Assembly: GCA_030038605.1 (NCBI GenBank)
Contig: JASHSU010000092.1
Coordinates: 1-55,283, forward strand
Reading direction: 5' to 3'
Length of the DNA stretch: 55,283 nucleotides
Source of the DNA: Thermoplasmata archaeon
GTDB taxonomy: Archaea; Thermoplasmatota; Thermoplasmata; Lutacidiplasmatales; UBA184
A program made the position numbers and the translations under genes. Shown here piece after piece: positions 1-9,263 of this stretch (position 1 is its first letter; every line of letters begins with the position of its first letter). The notes below the pieces were generated by a model. It ran no database searches. It saw only the letters and a list, made by a program, of their open reading frames with translations, and had not been told where the DNA came from.

Positions 1-2
1 CG

Positions 3-1166
3 ATCTACACGATCGCTCCGTACCAGCAGGGCATCGTCACTCGGCTCGGGTCCTACCGGGGCATCATCAATCCGGGTTTGAATATCGTTAGCCCGATCTC
101 GGTCGTGATCCCGATCGACCTGCGTACCCAGGTGCTCGAGGTCCCCCGCCAGGAAGTCATCACGAAGGACAACTCGCCGACGAACGTCGACGCGATCATC
201 TACATCAAAGTGGTCGACCCGCCCAAGGCGATCTTCCAGGTCCAGGACTACCACGTGGCGACGGTCGCGTTGGCCCAGACGACCCTGCGGTCGATCATCG
301 GCGACATGGAACTGGACGAGATCCTCTACAACCGCGAGCGGATCAACACCCGGCTCCGGGACATCCTCGACGAGGCGACCGACAAGTGGGGCGTCCGCGT
401 CGACGCGGTCGAGATCAAGGAGGTCGACCCCGTCGGACCAGTCAAGGCGGCGATGGAGGAACAGACGTCCGCCGAGCGTCAGCGGCGGGCGGCCGTCCTT
501 CGGGCCGACGGTGAGAAGCGGAGCGCTATCCTGGTCGCCGAGGGACAGAAGCGGTCGCGGATCCTGCAGGCCGAGGGCGTCCGGCAGTCCCAGATCCTCG
601 AGGCCGAAGGCGCCCGGGTCGCCACCATCCTCCAAGCGCAGGGTGAGGCCCAGCGGCTCCGCATCCTGTCGCTCGGGGCCGGCCCTCTCGACGCCAAGGC
701 GCTCACGGTCCTCTCGCTGGACACGGTCGCCAAGGTCGGCGACGGCCAGGCGACCAAGATCCTGTTCCCGTTCGAGTTTTCCCGACTCGTCGAGGGTGCT
801 TCCGACTACCTCGGGACGGGCCGGCAGGTTCCGGACCGCCCGCTCAACACCCTCGACGACCTCCAGAAACAGATCGGAGCCTTGGACGACATCCTCGGAC
901 CGATCCCGAAGCAGGAGGAGCTCGTCACCGAGATCAAGTCCATCGAGGACGAGATCCGGGCCGAGTCGGCGTCGTCGGTGGACCTGCTGGGAGGCTACGG
1001 CTCGAAGAGCGGCAGTCACAGCGCAGGGACTCCGGGTCTGCCCGACCCGGACGACCTGAATCCGCCGGCGGCCACGGCGACCCCGCCGGCCCCGGCCGCA
1101 CCCCCGACGCCCTCGGCTCCTACGGCGCCGACGGACCCGCGACGCCGCCCGCCCCCGACGTCGTAG
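3..1166 (+). CDS. SPFH/stomatin (band 7) family protein, 5'-truncated by the window edge
   Basis: Frame is open from nt 3 (IYTIAPYQQGIVTRLGSYRGIINPGL). Stomatin motifs QEVITKDN, AQTTLRSIIG and AERQRRA; Pro/Ala-rich tail. Confidence 0.92.
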   Translation: MYTIAPYQQGIVTRLGSYRGIINPGLNIVSPISVVIPIDLRTQVLEVPRQEVITKDNSPTNVDAIIYIKVVDPPKAIFQVQDYHVATVALAQTTLRSIIGDMELDEILYNRERINTRLRDILDEATDKWGVRVDAVEIKEVDPVGPVKAAMEEQTSAERQRRAAVLRADGEKRSAILVAEGQKRSRILQAEGVRQSQILEAEGARVATILQAQGEAQRLRILSLGAGPLDAKALTVLSLDTVAKVGDGQATKILFPFEFSRLVEGASDYLGTGRQVPDRPLNTLDDLQKQIGALDDILGPIPKQEELVTEIKSIEDEIRAESASSVDLLGGYGSKSGSHSAGTPGLPDPDDLNPPAATATPPAPAAPPTPSAPTAPTDPRRRPPPTS

Positions 1167-2121
1167 GCGGACCTCCGTCCGGTCCGCGGTAGACCCGGCG
1201 CAGCTCGGCATAGTGGAGACTGCGCAACATGAACCGCCGGTAGGTCGTCCAGGTCGAGAACTGCCGCTCGGGAGCCTCCCGGCGCAGCCGGTGGTTGCGG
1301 ACCAGTCCGGTCGCCTGCAGGTAGGCGGCCAGTACCGGGAAGAGCAGTCGGTTCGCCAGGCGGACCCAGCGCGGAGTAGAGGACGCTGGCCCGGGGAAGG
1401 TCCCGGTCTCCGCGGCGCATCGTTGAGCATACAACCGAGGCAGTTCGTCCTTCATCCAGGCCGCGGAGCGGAGGATGCCCCGGTAGTATTCGTCCCCCCG
1501 GAGAATTCGCAGGGTAAGCGCTTCCCGGGCGAAGAGCAAGTCGCCGGGGGTCGAAAATTCCCGGGCCGCGTCCGACTCGTCGGCGACGTAGTTGAAGCAC
1601 CAGTGGGCCGTGCCCTGATTTCTCCATCGGACCAAGCGGTACTGGGCAAAGGTCAGGAGCAGGAACACCCAGACCGAGTCCTGACGGACGGCGACGAAGA
1701 AGTCGAGGTCGTCGTGGGGCTCGGCGAACCCATACGCCACGGATCCGCTCACGCCCACACACCGGGTGAGGGCGGTGGCCGGCCGAAGGGGGCCATGCAG
1801 CGCTTGCTCGGCCTCGTGGAGCAGGCGGGCGCTCCGCGTCGCCCGGTCAGCGAGTTCGGCGATCGCGATCTCGGGCGAGGGGAGCACATGACCAGCGACG
1901 AGCTGGCCGGACTCGGGATGCCCGTCGATCCAGGAGACCACACGGTCGGCCGTCCAGGTCGGTCCGTCCGGGAGGTGGTCGACCAGCTGCCCGAGGGAGA
2001 TCGGCGCGCGATGCCGCTTCGCTACCCCGAGCAGCACGCGAAGCCGGTCCTCGACGCCCGCCTCCCCCGGCGGGTTCGTCCACTCGGGGACTTCCGATTC
2101 GGACGGGAACGCCGCCTCCAC
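1120..2121 (-). CDS. Nucleotidyltransferase-domain protein (pol-beta superfamily)
   Basis: GVSGSVAYGFAEPHDDLDFF matches the GS-x(n)-DxD NTase signature; GTG start. Confidence 0.7.
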   Translation of the reverse strand: MEAAFPSESEVPEWTNPPGEAGVEDRLRVLLGVAKRHRAPISLGQLVDHLPDGPTWTADRVVSWIDGHPESGQLVAGHVLPSPEIAIAELADRATRSARLLHEAEQALHGPLRPATALTRCVGVSGSVAYGFAEPHDDLDFFVAVRQDSVWVFLLLTFAQYRLVRWRNQGTAHWCFNYVADESDAAREFSTPGDLLFAREALTLRILRGDEYYRGILRSAAWMKDELPRLYAQRCAAETGTFPGPASSTPRWVRLANRLLFPVLAAYLQATGLVRNHRLRREAPERQFSTWTTYRRFMLRSLHYAELRRVYRGPDGGPPTTSGAGGVAGPSAP

Positions 2122-2205
2122 GGGGAACCTGCTCTCGGGTAGTCGTTCCTCCGCTTAGACTTGCGGGCCCGAACCGGCCGGCTCCGTCTCTCGACGGCGA
2201 CGCCC

Positions 2206-2433
2206 TTAGGTAGGGAACCGAACGCGCCCCTCGGACCGGAGCGCCGCGACGATCGCCGGGATCTCGTAATCCAGGTTCTCGACGACCTTGTCGCCGACCG
2301 GTCGCCGCTGGAGTATCAACCCCTGTCGGGAGCCCAGGAACAGGTAGGACCGGTCCTTCATGTCGACACCGAAGCAGAAGCCATGGTCCGAGAAGAGATA
2401 CTTGAGGAACAGTCGCTCCGAGTAGATCTTCAT
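2206..2433 (-). CDS. Small hypothetical protein (75 aa)
   Basis: MKIYSERLFLKYLFSDHGFCFG... has protein-like composition unlike the GC shadow ORFs; AT-rich TATA-like element about 28 nt upstream (2461-2469). Confidence 0.65.
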   Translation of the reverse strand: MKIYSERLFLKYLFSDHGFCFGVDMKDRSYLFLGSRQGLILQRRPVGDKVVENLDYEIPAIVAALRSEGRVRFPT

Positions 2434-2464
2434 CGTCCGGACCCCGGGTACGGTGAGTCCGCTA

Positions 2465-3403
2465 TTACCCTTGGGCGGCCCGGCCCTCGGTGGGCGAGGA
2501 GAGGAGCCAGCCGGGCTCGACCCGGAGCGCGTCGCCGCATGCAGCGCAGGCGATGTCGCGCGGGGGGGACCACGATACGGCACCGTAGGCCGTGCCGCAA
2601 CGGGAGCAGCGCAGCATGTCCTCCCAGTCGGGGAACGGCGGCCCCGAAGCATCGGGTAGCCTCCGGGCCCAGACGAACTGCGTGGGGAATATCGCCAGAC
2701 GGTCCGCCAGCGGCGCCGCTCGCGCGAACAACCGAGCGGGCAGTCGTCGGCCCAGCGCGTAGTCTTCCGCTCCGGTCGACACGCTCCGGTCGACCCGGAA
2801 ACCCGCACGGGACAGTGCGGACCGGACGTAGCTACGGGTCGAGAGCCACGCGGGAAACGAGGACGGTTGCGCCGAGATCCGGTCGCCCCGACCGAAGGTC
2901 ATCGTCGGAGCGCCCGGCGGTCGCCGGCCGTGCAGGGCGTTCCGGACATCGTCCACCAACGTCGCCACGGACGGCCGGGGTTGATACCCCAACAGGAGTC
3001 TGCCGCCGGGCCGGAGTAGTCGATGGAATTCGCGAAGGAGCTCGGGCGGGTCCGCGAAGAAGTTGAAGATGCGAACGGCCACGATCAGGTCGAACGTCCC
3101 GTCGTTGAGAGGAGCACGTCGGGCGTCGGCTTCGACCCGAAGCACGTGCGCCGGAGTCGCGTCGACCGGCAGCCGGGCCAGAAACTCCCGATGGAGGTCG
3201 AGCGCCACGTACTCCCGGCCGTGCGAGGCGACCACGTCCGTCAGGCGGCCGGCGCCCGGACCCACCTCGAGGACGCGCTCCCACGGCTGGGGGCCGAGCA
3301 GGTCGGCGACGACCGAACGTTCGACCGCGGTCGTCAGCGAGCGTCCGGCCCATAGGCGCTCGAAGTCGAGGGTACGAAAATCCATCCCCGTCGGCTGCTC
3401 CAT
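2465..3403 (-). CDS. Class I SAM-dependent methyltransferase with C-terminal CxxC...CxxC (Trm112-like) Zn ribbon
   Basis: VLEVGPGAGR motif I, FDLIVA, LRPGGRLL; C-terminus LRCSRCG...ACAACGDALRVEPGWLL. Start 3403 or 3385. Confidence 0.82.
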   Translation of the reverse strand: MEQPTGMDFRTLDFERLWAGRSLTTAVERSVVADLLGPQPWERVLEVGPGAGRLTDVVASHGREYVALDLHREFLARLPVDATPAHVLRVEADARRAPLNDGTFDLIVAVRIFNFFADPPELLREFHRLLRPGGRLLLGYQPRPSVATLVDDVRNALHGRRPPGAPTMTFGRGDRISAQPSSFPAWLSTRSYVRSALSRAGFRVDRSVSTGAEDYALGRRLPARLFARAAPLADRLAIFPTQFVWARRLPDASGPPFPDWEDMLRCSRCGTAYGAVSWSPPRDIACAACGDALRVEPGWLLSSPTEGRAAQG

Positions 3404-3450
3404 CCCAAACCCCGAATACGCCGGACCGCCCTCCGCGACGGCTACCGACC

Positions 3451-3456
3451 TATAAG
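3451..3456 (+). promoter_or_regulatory. Putative TATA box in the divergent MTase/GT2 intergenic region
   Basis: TATAAG about 24 nt upstream of the GT2 GTG start, in otherwise GC-rich DNA. Confidence 0.5.
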
Positions 3457-3479
3457 GGGCAGGCCGACGTGGCCGGGAC

Positions 3480-4271
3480 GTGGTGAGCGGAGGGCCGAGC
3501 GGCCCGTCGGAACCCGCGCTCGACGTGCTCATGATCACGTTCAACTCGGCCACGTACCTGGCCGAGTCCCTGGACGCGCTCCGTCGTTGGGTACCCATTC
3601 ACCACCTGGTCATTGTCGATCGGAACAGTACGGACGGGACCCCGGAAATCGCTCGACAGTTCGGCGCTCGCGTCATCTCCGAGGAGAGCGGCGGCGGGCC
3701 CGCCCGGGCGCGGGCGCTCGCGGAGGCGGACACCGAATACGCTCTCTTCGTCGACAGCGATGTGATCCTGCGGCGGCCGGAATTCTACCGGGAAGCCTTC
3801 CGACTGCTGCAACGACCGGGCACTTCGGCGGTCGTCGGGAACGCGGTGGGTCATCCGTTCGCCTACGGACTTCCTCTGGGTCTCACGCTCTTCCGCACCG
3901 CCTGGGGTCGCGCCGCCGGCATGGCGGTCCAGGGCCAGGGTCAGGAGACGTACAACTTCCGGTACGCCACGCGGACCCAGCATCTGCGCGTCCGGTACGT
4001 CCGGGAGGCGATGGAGCACCGCGGGACGTTCCGGCGGGTGCGCACATGGCCCGAGTGGCAGGGGGCGCAAACGCGGCTCGTCGCGGGGGGCCAGGTCGGC
4101 GAGTTCGCCTATTCGTTCCTCGTCATCCTGCTCATTCATCTCAACAGTCGCAACTGGCGGAACATCGCCTACACGCCGATCTTCTGGGCCAAGTTCACCC
4201 GGGGGTACGCCGCGCCCGAGCGGTGGAAGTGGATCGACCGCCGTCGGGAGTCTGTGAGCTCGTTACCGTAG
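3480..4271 (+). CDS. Glycosyltransferase family 2
   Basis: VLMITFNS, IVDRNSTDGT and FVDSD (DxD) GT-A motifs. Confidence 0.85.
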   Translation: MVSGGPSGPSEPALDVLMITFNSATYLAESLDALRRWVPIHHLVIVDRNSTDGTPEIARQFGARVISEESGGGPARARALAEADTEYALFVDSDVILRRPEFYREAFRLLQRPGTSAVVGNAVGHPFAYGLPLGLTLFRTAWGRAAGMAVQGQGQETYNFRYATRTQHLRVRYVREAMEHRGTFRRVRTWPEWQGAQTRLVAGGQVGEFAYSFLVILLIHLNSRNWRNIAYTPIFWAKFTRGYAAPERWKWIDRRRESVSSLP

Positions 4272-5438
4272 GCCGGGCGGGCTCGTCGGCGCGAGCGCCA
4301 TGAGGAAATGGTCGCCGAATGCACGGAACGGAAAACGCCGGCCGAGCGCGGCGTCCCATCGGGACAGCACGTCGAATCGACGGGCGAACATCTCCGCATA
4401 GCGGGCGAGGTCCGAGGGCGGAAGCAGGACCGGGGCCCCTTCCACGCGGGTCGGCCGAAATCGGGAGGCGAACAGTCCCGCAAACTCGGGCACGGAGTAG
4501 GCGAACGCGTCGACGCAGAACCGGGAGGCCTCGACCCCCACCGGTCGACCCCATCGCCCGAAGGCGCGCCCCGTCCGGCCCAGCAGGGAGTAGACCCCGG
4601 TTTCGAAACCGCACCACCGATTGAAGACCCCCGCGACGAACTGTCCGTCCGCGGCCAGCAGGTCGGCGACCGGCGCCGGGACCGCCGTCAGGTCGGGCTC
4701 GCAGTTCAAGGCGCCGTACGTCGAGTAAACCCCCGCGAACGAGGCGCGCCCTTCGGCCGCCACGAACCGTCCCAGTTCTCCCAGACGTCCCTTCGCCACG
4801 CGAAGGCGTTCGCCCAGACCGCGGCTGCGCGCCTTGGCCTGGACGGCGTCGAGCATCTTGGCCGAGATGTCGACGGCCAGAATCTCGTGACCGTCTTCGA
4901 GCAGCTCTACCGTCTCGGTCCCCGAGCCGCAGCCAACTTCCATCAGCCGACCGGTGCGCGGGAACGTGCGTCGCATGAACGCGAGCGACCGGTCCCGCAG
5001 CAGCCGATTGATCCGGTTCCCGAGAATGTGACGGTCGTAGTCGGCCGCGATCGAGTCGAACTCGGCTTCCAACCACTCGAAGTACGGCAGACCGGAGGGC
5101 GCCGCACCGCTGCCTCCGAAATCGACCTCTACGATCCGACCGGGCGGGCGGAACCATCGGTCGACCTGTTCGGCTCCATACTTGGTCACGAAGCGGACGA
5201 GTACCGCGGCGCGGTCCTCCACGGCGGTGACGAGGCGACAGCTCCCGCTCCGAACTCCGTCGGGCAACTCGAACGTGCCCTGTCCGGCCCGCAGGATCTC
5301 CACGGCCCAGCTTCCCGCCCCGTGCTGAGCGACCAACCAGAGCCGCTCTGCATCCGCGACGTAGGCGAGCGGCACGGGACCGCGAGCGCTGCGCACTCGG
5401 AGCACGGTCGGTGAGGCGGGTCCCGGCATGTCGACCAT
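4263..5438 (-). CDS. Class I SAM methyltransferase with N-terminal split-barrel (DDN/DUF385-like) domain
   Basis: C-terminal EFDSIAADYD, MEVGCGSG, AVDISAKM, YGALNC; N-terminal ~105 aa (VPLAYVAD..LWLVA..G..W...FVTKYG) resembles flavin/deazaflavin split-barrel proteins. Confidence 0.75.
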   Translation of the reverse strand: MVDMPGPASPTVLRVRSARGPVPLAYVADAERLWLVAQHGAGSWAVEILRAGQGTFELPDGVRSGSCRLVTAVEDRAAVLVRFVTKYGAEQVDRWFRPPGRIVEVDFGGSGAAPSGLPYFEWLEAEFDSIAADYDRHILGNRINRLLRDRSLAFMRRTFPRTGRLMEVGCGSGTETVELLEDGHEILAVDISAKMLDAVQAKARSRGLGERLRVAKGRLGELGRFVAAEGRASFAGVYSTYGALNCEPDLTAVPAPVADLLAADGQFVAGVFNRWCGFETGVYSLLGRTGRAFGRWGRPVGVEASRFCVDAFAYSVPEFAGLFASRFRPTRVEGAPVLLPPSDLARYAEMFARRFDVLSRWDAALGRRFPFRAFGDHFLMALAPTSPPGLR

Positions 5439-5542
5439 CGACCGACGCGCGCGAGCGGATTAAGCCCCGACCCCGTCGTACTGGGGCCGCCGCGGCCGAA
5501 CCTCCTTAGTAGCCGGCGCCGTTGCTCCGCTCCGGTGGGCCT

Positions 5543-6337
5543 GTGGACTCAGTGCGAACCGAGCGCAACGGAAGCGTCCTCGCGATCATTCTCGACCGGC
5601 CCGACCGGCTCAACGCGCTGGACGTCCCGTCGATGAAGGAGCTTCGCCGCGTCCTGCAGGAGACTTCGGTCGACCGGACGGTCCGTGCCGTACTTCTCAC
5701 CGGAGCCGGCAAGGCGTTCTGCGCGGGCGGTGACGTCGCGACGATGGAGGAGCATCTTCGGTCGGGGGATCTGCCTCACCTCTTCCACGAATTGACGGGG
5801 GAGCAGGAGACCGCGGTGCGAGAGATCCTGCTGATGCGCAAGCCCGTGTTGGCCGCCCTCCCCGGGGTCGCCGCCGGCGGCGGACTCTCGCTCGCCCTGG
5901 CGGCGGACTGGCGGATCGCCGCGGACTCGGCGGTGCTGGTACCGGCGTTCCCGTCGCTCGGGGCCGTGCCGGACGGAGGGCTGACCTACTTCCTTCCACA
6001 CTATCTGGGCATTGGGACCGCTCAGGAGCTGCTGTTCACGAACGCGCGGATCTCGGCGGCGCGGGCCCAGGGCCTTGCGCTCGTCCACGAGGTCGTCCCG
6101 GCCGACCAGTTGATGGACCGGGCCTGGACCCGGGCCCGGGAACTGGCGAACGGGCCCACCTTCGCCTACGGATGGATGAAGCGATTGATGGTCTCGGCGT
6201 TCAACGCGTCGCTCGAGACCCAGTTGGCGCTCGAGCGGCGCGGGATGGTCGAAGCCGCGGAGCACGCCGAACTGCCCGAGGGGATTCGGGCCTTCCGCGA
6301 GAAGCGTCCCCCCCAGTTTCCGGGGCCGAGCGCCTAA
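5543..6337 (+). CDS. Enoyl-CoA hydratase/isomerase (PaaG-like crotonase)
   Basis: LDRPDRLNAL, AFCAGGD, AAGGGLSLALAAD, PDGG, AFREKRPP. GTG at 5543 preferred; the ORF track starts at 5522. Confidence 0.9.
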   Translation: MDSVRTERNGSVLAIILDRPDRLNALDVPSMKELRRVLQETSVDRTVRAVLLTGAGKAFCAGGDVATMEEHLRSGDLPHLFHELTGEQETAVREILLMRKPVLAALPGVAAGGGLSLALAADWRIAADSAVLVPAFPSLGAVPDGGLTYFLPHYLGIGTAQELLFTNARISAARAQGLALVHEVVPADQLMDRAWTRARELANGPTFAYGWMKRLMVSAFNASLETQLALERRGMVEAAEHAELPEGIRAFREKRPPQFPGPSA

Positions 6338-7629
6338 CCCGAGGACGACCAGGGCCGACGCAGCATCGTCTCCAGCCGCCCTCGGACGGACGGCCACTCG
6401 GAAGCCAGGACGCTATAGTACTCCGAGGTCCGATACGTGCCATCAGGAAACCGGTAATGGTCCCGTCGGACGCCCTCCCCTACGGCACCGAGCCGCTCGA
6501 TCGCACGACGGGATCGTACGTTCCGGGCGTCCGTCTTCAGCTGCACCCGGTGGACCTGCTCGGTGTCGAACGCGTACTGAAACATCAGCCACTTGAGCTC
6601 GGTGTTCACGGGGGTCCGCCACACGTCCGGGTGGAGCCACGTGCCCACTTCGACCCAGCGGTTAGGACGGTCGATGTCCAGGAATCGCGCTATCCCCACG
6701 ACCCGACGGTCGCCGACGAGCTGGACGGTGAACGCCAGCACCTCGCCTTTCTCCTGTAGGGTCAGAAGGTCCTCGACGAGCCCGGCCATGCCTTCCGGCG
6801 TGTCCCCATGACGGATCCTCAACAAGGTCCAGATTTCGGGGGCCGCCCCGGCGAGGGTCAGCGCGGGCACGTGCGAGCGGTCGAGCGGCACGAGGCGGAC
6901 CCGTGGCCCTTCCAGGGTCACGGGCGGATGGAATCGGAGGGGCGGCGCATCGGGACGGCCGAGCGAGGGGGAGGTCGGGTCCGGTTTTCGGGTCGGTGTT
7001 AGGGTAGGCCAGGGCTCGGGCGGCTTCCACTCGGCCTCCAGACGACGCGCGAGCCGCGCGCGGGATGCAGGCCATTCGGCCTCCAGGATGCTGAAGTAGA
7101 CGGACGTCCGGAACCGCCCGGTCGGGAGCCGAACGTCCTCGCGCAGGCGCACCTCGGGGGTTGCACCCAACGCCGCGATCGCCGTCTGGGACCGCACGTT
7201 CCGGAGGTCGGTCTGGAACTGCACGCGGTGCAGGTGGGCCTCCTCGAAGGCATACTGGAGCATCAGCAGCTTGGCCTCACTGTTCACGGGCGTGCGCCAG
7301 AACCGGCGGTCGATCCACGTGCCTCCGATCTCGACCCCCCGACTCGGTCGGTCGAGACGGAGGAACGACGTCACACCCACCGGTCGGCCGGTCGCCCGCA
7401 GTGTGGTCGCGAACGACAGGTCCGGCCCCGTGCGACTCAGTTCCACCCAGCGGCGGAGCCAGGCGAGCCCGGTGGCGAGGTCCGGCCCGGGAGGGTCGCG
7501 CAGGAACTCTACGCTGGTCCAGTCCGTCAGGGCGGGGGCCAGCGCCTCCACGTGGCGTTCCTCGAGAGGGACCAGTTCGACGTGCCGTCCGGCCAAGCGG
7601 AGTGGGTGGCGGAAGGTGACGTCGAGCAC
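6334..7629 (-). CDS. Tandem-domain GNAT N-acetyltransferase (RimJ/RimL type)
   Basis: Two homologous halves (VEIGGTW...RTPVNSEAK...RVQFQTDLRN and VEVGTW...RTPVNTELK...RVQLKTDARN) joined by a Pro-rich linker. Confidence 0.88.
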   Translation of the reverse strand: MLDVTFRHPLRLAGRHVELVPLEERHVEALAPALTDWTSVEFLRDPPGPDLATGLAWLRRWVELSRTGPDLSFATTLRATGRPVGVTSFLRLDRPSRGVEIGGTWIDRRFWRTPVNSEAKLLMLQYAFEEAHLHRVQFQTDLRNVRSQTAIAALGATPEVRLREDVRLPTGRFRTSVYFSILEAEWPASRARLARRLEAEWKPPEPWPTLTPTRKPDPTSPSLGRPDAPPLRFHPPVTLEGPRVRLVPLDRSHVPALTLAGAAPEIWTLLRIRHGDTPEGMAGLVEDLLTLQEKGEVLAFTVQLVGDRRVVGIARFLDIDRPNRWVEVGTWLHPDVWRTPVNTELKWLMFQYAFDTEQVHRVQLKTDARNVRSRRAIERLGAVGEGVRRDHYRFPDGTYRTSEYYSVLASEWPSVRGRLETMLRRPWSSSG

Positions 7630-7650
7630 GGGCGTTCCACGTCCCCCGGA

Positions 7651-7660
7651 AGATAACCCC
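7651..7660 (-). promoter_or_regulatory. Putative TATA-like promoter of the GNAT gene
   Basis: GGGGTTATCT about 24 nt upstream of the GTG start; the same element precedes the MMPL gene. Confidence 0.5.
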
Positions 7661-7712
7661 GACGAGGCGTTCCTCGAGGGGGAATGTGTGTCGCTCCGAC
7701 ACTCGGCCGGTC

Positions 7713-7724
7713 GGGGTTAAATAG
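7713..7724 (+). promoter_or_regulatory. Putative TATA box of the complex I-like operon
   Basis: GGGGTTAAATAG upstream of an SD (GAGGAGG, 7762-7768) and the nuoA GTG. Confidence 0.6.
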
Positions 7725-7773
7725 CGAACGGAAGTCTCAGCCCTCACTAGCTGGCCAGCCTGAGGAGGAAACG

Positions 7774-8139
7774 GTGGAGGCAGGGATCACCACATTCCTG
7801 GTCTTCGCGGCGATCGCCGCGGCCTTCGGGGTCGGGTCGATCGTCGCGAACCGGACCCTAGGGGCGAAGGGCCGGCGCTCGTACCTCCAGACGACGACCT
7901 ACGAGTGCGGCGAGGAGGCGGAAGGCGAGGCCCAGATCGACTTCCCGACGCAGCACTACACCTTCGCGATCGTCTTCGTCGCGGTCGATGTCCTCGGGTT
8001 CATCCTGGCGCTCTGGGGGTTGACGTTCCGGGGCGTCAACTCGAGCTGGTACCCCGTCTTCATCGCCGTCGGCTTCACCGCGCTTGCGATCACGGGCATT
8101 TACTACGCGCTCAGCGGCGAAAAGAGGTGGGTCATCTGA
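7774..8139 (+). CDS. nuoA: NADH-quinone oxidoreductase/Fpo-like subunit A
   Basis: TYECGE motif, three TM segments, SD GAGGAGG before GTG 7774. Confidence 0.9.
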   Translation: MEAGITTFLVFAAIAAAFGVGSIVANRTLGAKGRRSYLQTTTYECGEEAEGEAQIDFPTQHYTFAIVFVAVDVLGFILALWGLTFRGVNSSWYPVFIAVGFTALAITGIYYALSGEKRWVI

Positions 8140-8195
8140 CGCCCGCCACTCCCGTCCCGAAGGTCGCTCCGCCCCCGGCGGAGGGGTATCAACTG

Positions 8196-8753
8196 ATGGG
8201 CGACCTCCCGATGGTCGACCAACCCGCCGTCCCGTTCATCGAGATCGAGACGGTCCGGGCGAAAGAGTTCATCCCGGCGGCGAAGGAGGCGTTCACGGCC
8301 CTGCTGGCCGAACAGGGTCAGGCCAAGGTCATCCGCCCGACGTTCAACTGGGCGGGCCGCAACTCCCTGTTCCCCCTACACTGGGGTCTCGCGTGCTGCG
8401 CGATCGAGTTCGCCGCCGCATTCTCGGCGCGTCACGACGCGGAGCGGTTCGGGATCGTCCCGCGGTCCTCGCCCCGCCAGTGCGACCTGATGATCGTCAA
8501 CGGGACGGTCACCTGGAAAGTCGCGCACAAGCTGATCACGCTCTACGAACAGATGCCCGAGCCCAAGTGGGTGATCGCGATGGGGAACTGCGCGACCGGC
8601 GGCGGGCCGTTCCGGACCGCCTACTCGGTGGTCCCCGGTGTGGACAAACTCGTCCCGGTGGACGTGTACATCGCCGGCTGCCCCCCGCGCCCGGAGGCGA
8701 TGATCGACGGGATCCTGAAACTCGAGACGCTCATCCGGGAGCGCAAGGAATAG
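8196..8753 (+). CDS. nuoB: Complex I/Fpo-like subunit B
   Basis: [41 protein letters not shown]. Start uncertain (8127 GTG, 8136 CTG or 8196 ATG). Confidence 0.95.
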   Translation: MGDLPMVDQPAVPFIEIETVRAKEFIPAAKEAFTALLAEQGQAKVIRPTFNWAGRNSLFPLHWGLACCAIEFAAAFSARHDAERFGIVPRSSPRQCDLMIVNGTVTWKVAHKLITLYEQMPEPKWVIAMGNCATGGGPFRTAYSVVPGVDKLVPVDVYIAGCPPRPEAMIDGILKLETLIRERKE

Positions 8754-8786
8754 ACGGCCGGGCCGTCGGGACGTCAGAGCCGAACG

Positions 8787-9263
8787 ATGCAACCGGACGA
8801 CGTGGCGCGCGCTCTCTCCACCCGGCTTGGCGATCGGCTCCTCGGCGTCGAGACGTTCGTCGGGACCGCCGGACGGGTCCGCTTCCGCGCGGACGCGGCG
8901 CTGGACACGTTCCACTCCGTCCACGACGAGCTGGGATTCCGCCATCTGTCGATGGTCGGCGGGATCGACTGGGTCGACCATCGCGAGGTCTTCTACGTCG
9001 TCTGGTCGGACGACGTCCGCCAGTACCTCATTCTCTCCGCCGACCTACCGGCGGACGCGGCCCATATCGAGTCGGCGACGCCGGTGTGGGAAAGTGCGAA
9101 CTGGCACGAGCGGGAGACCTGGGAGCTCGTGGACATCACGTTCGACCACCACCCGGACCTTCGTCATTTGCTGATGCCGGACGGGTACGTCTTCCACCCG
9201 TTGCTCCGCTCGTTCAAACTGCACGAGCCGGAGGAACTGGAGGTGAAGCAGCGCAGTGTCTGA
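8787..9263 (+). CDS. nuoC: Complex I/Fpo-like subunit C
   Basis: ANWHERETWEL, HPDLRHLL, HPLLR. Confidence 0.93.
   Translation: MQPDDVARALSTRLGDRLLGVETFVGTAGRVRFRADAALDTFHSVHDELGFRHLSMVGGIDWVDHREVFYVVWSDDVRQYLILSADLPADAAHIESATPVWESANWHERETWELVDITFDHHPDLRHLLMPDGYVFHPLLRSFKLHEPEELEVKQRSV

Noticed and set aside
8124-8198. CTG start for nuoB at 8136 after GAGGTG
   Set aside because: An in-frame GTG (8127) and an ATG with an SD (8196) explain initiation without a non-canonical codon; unresolved.
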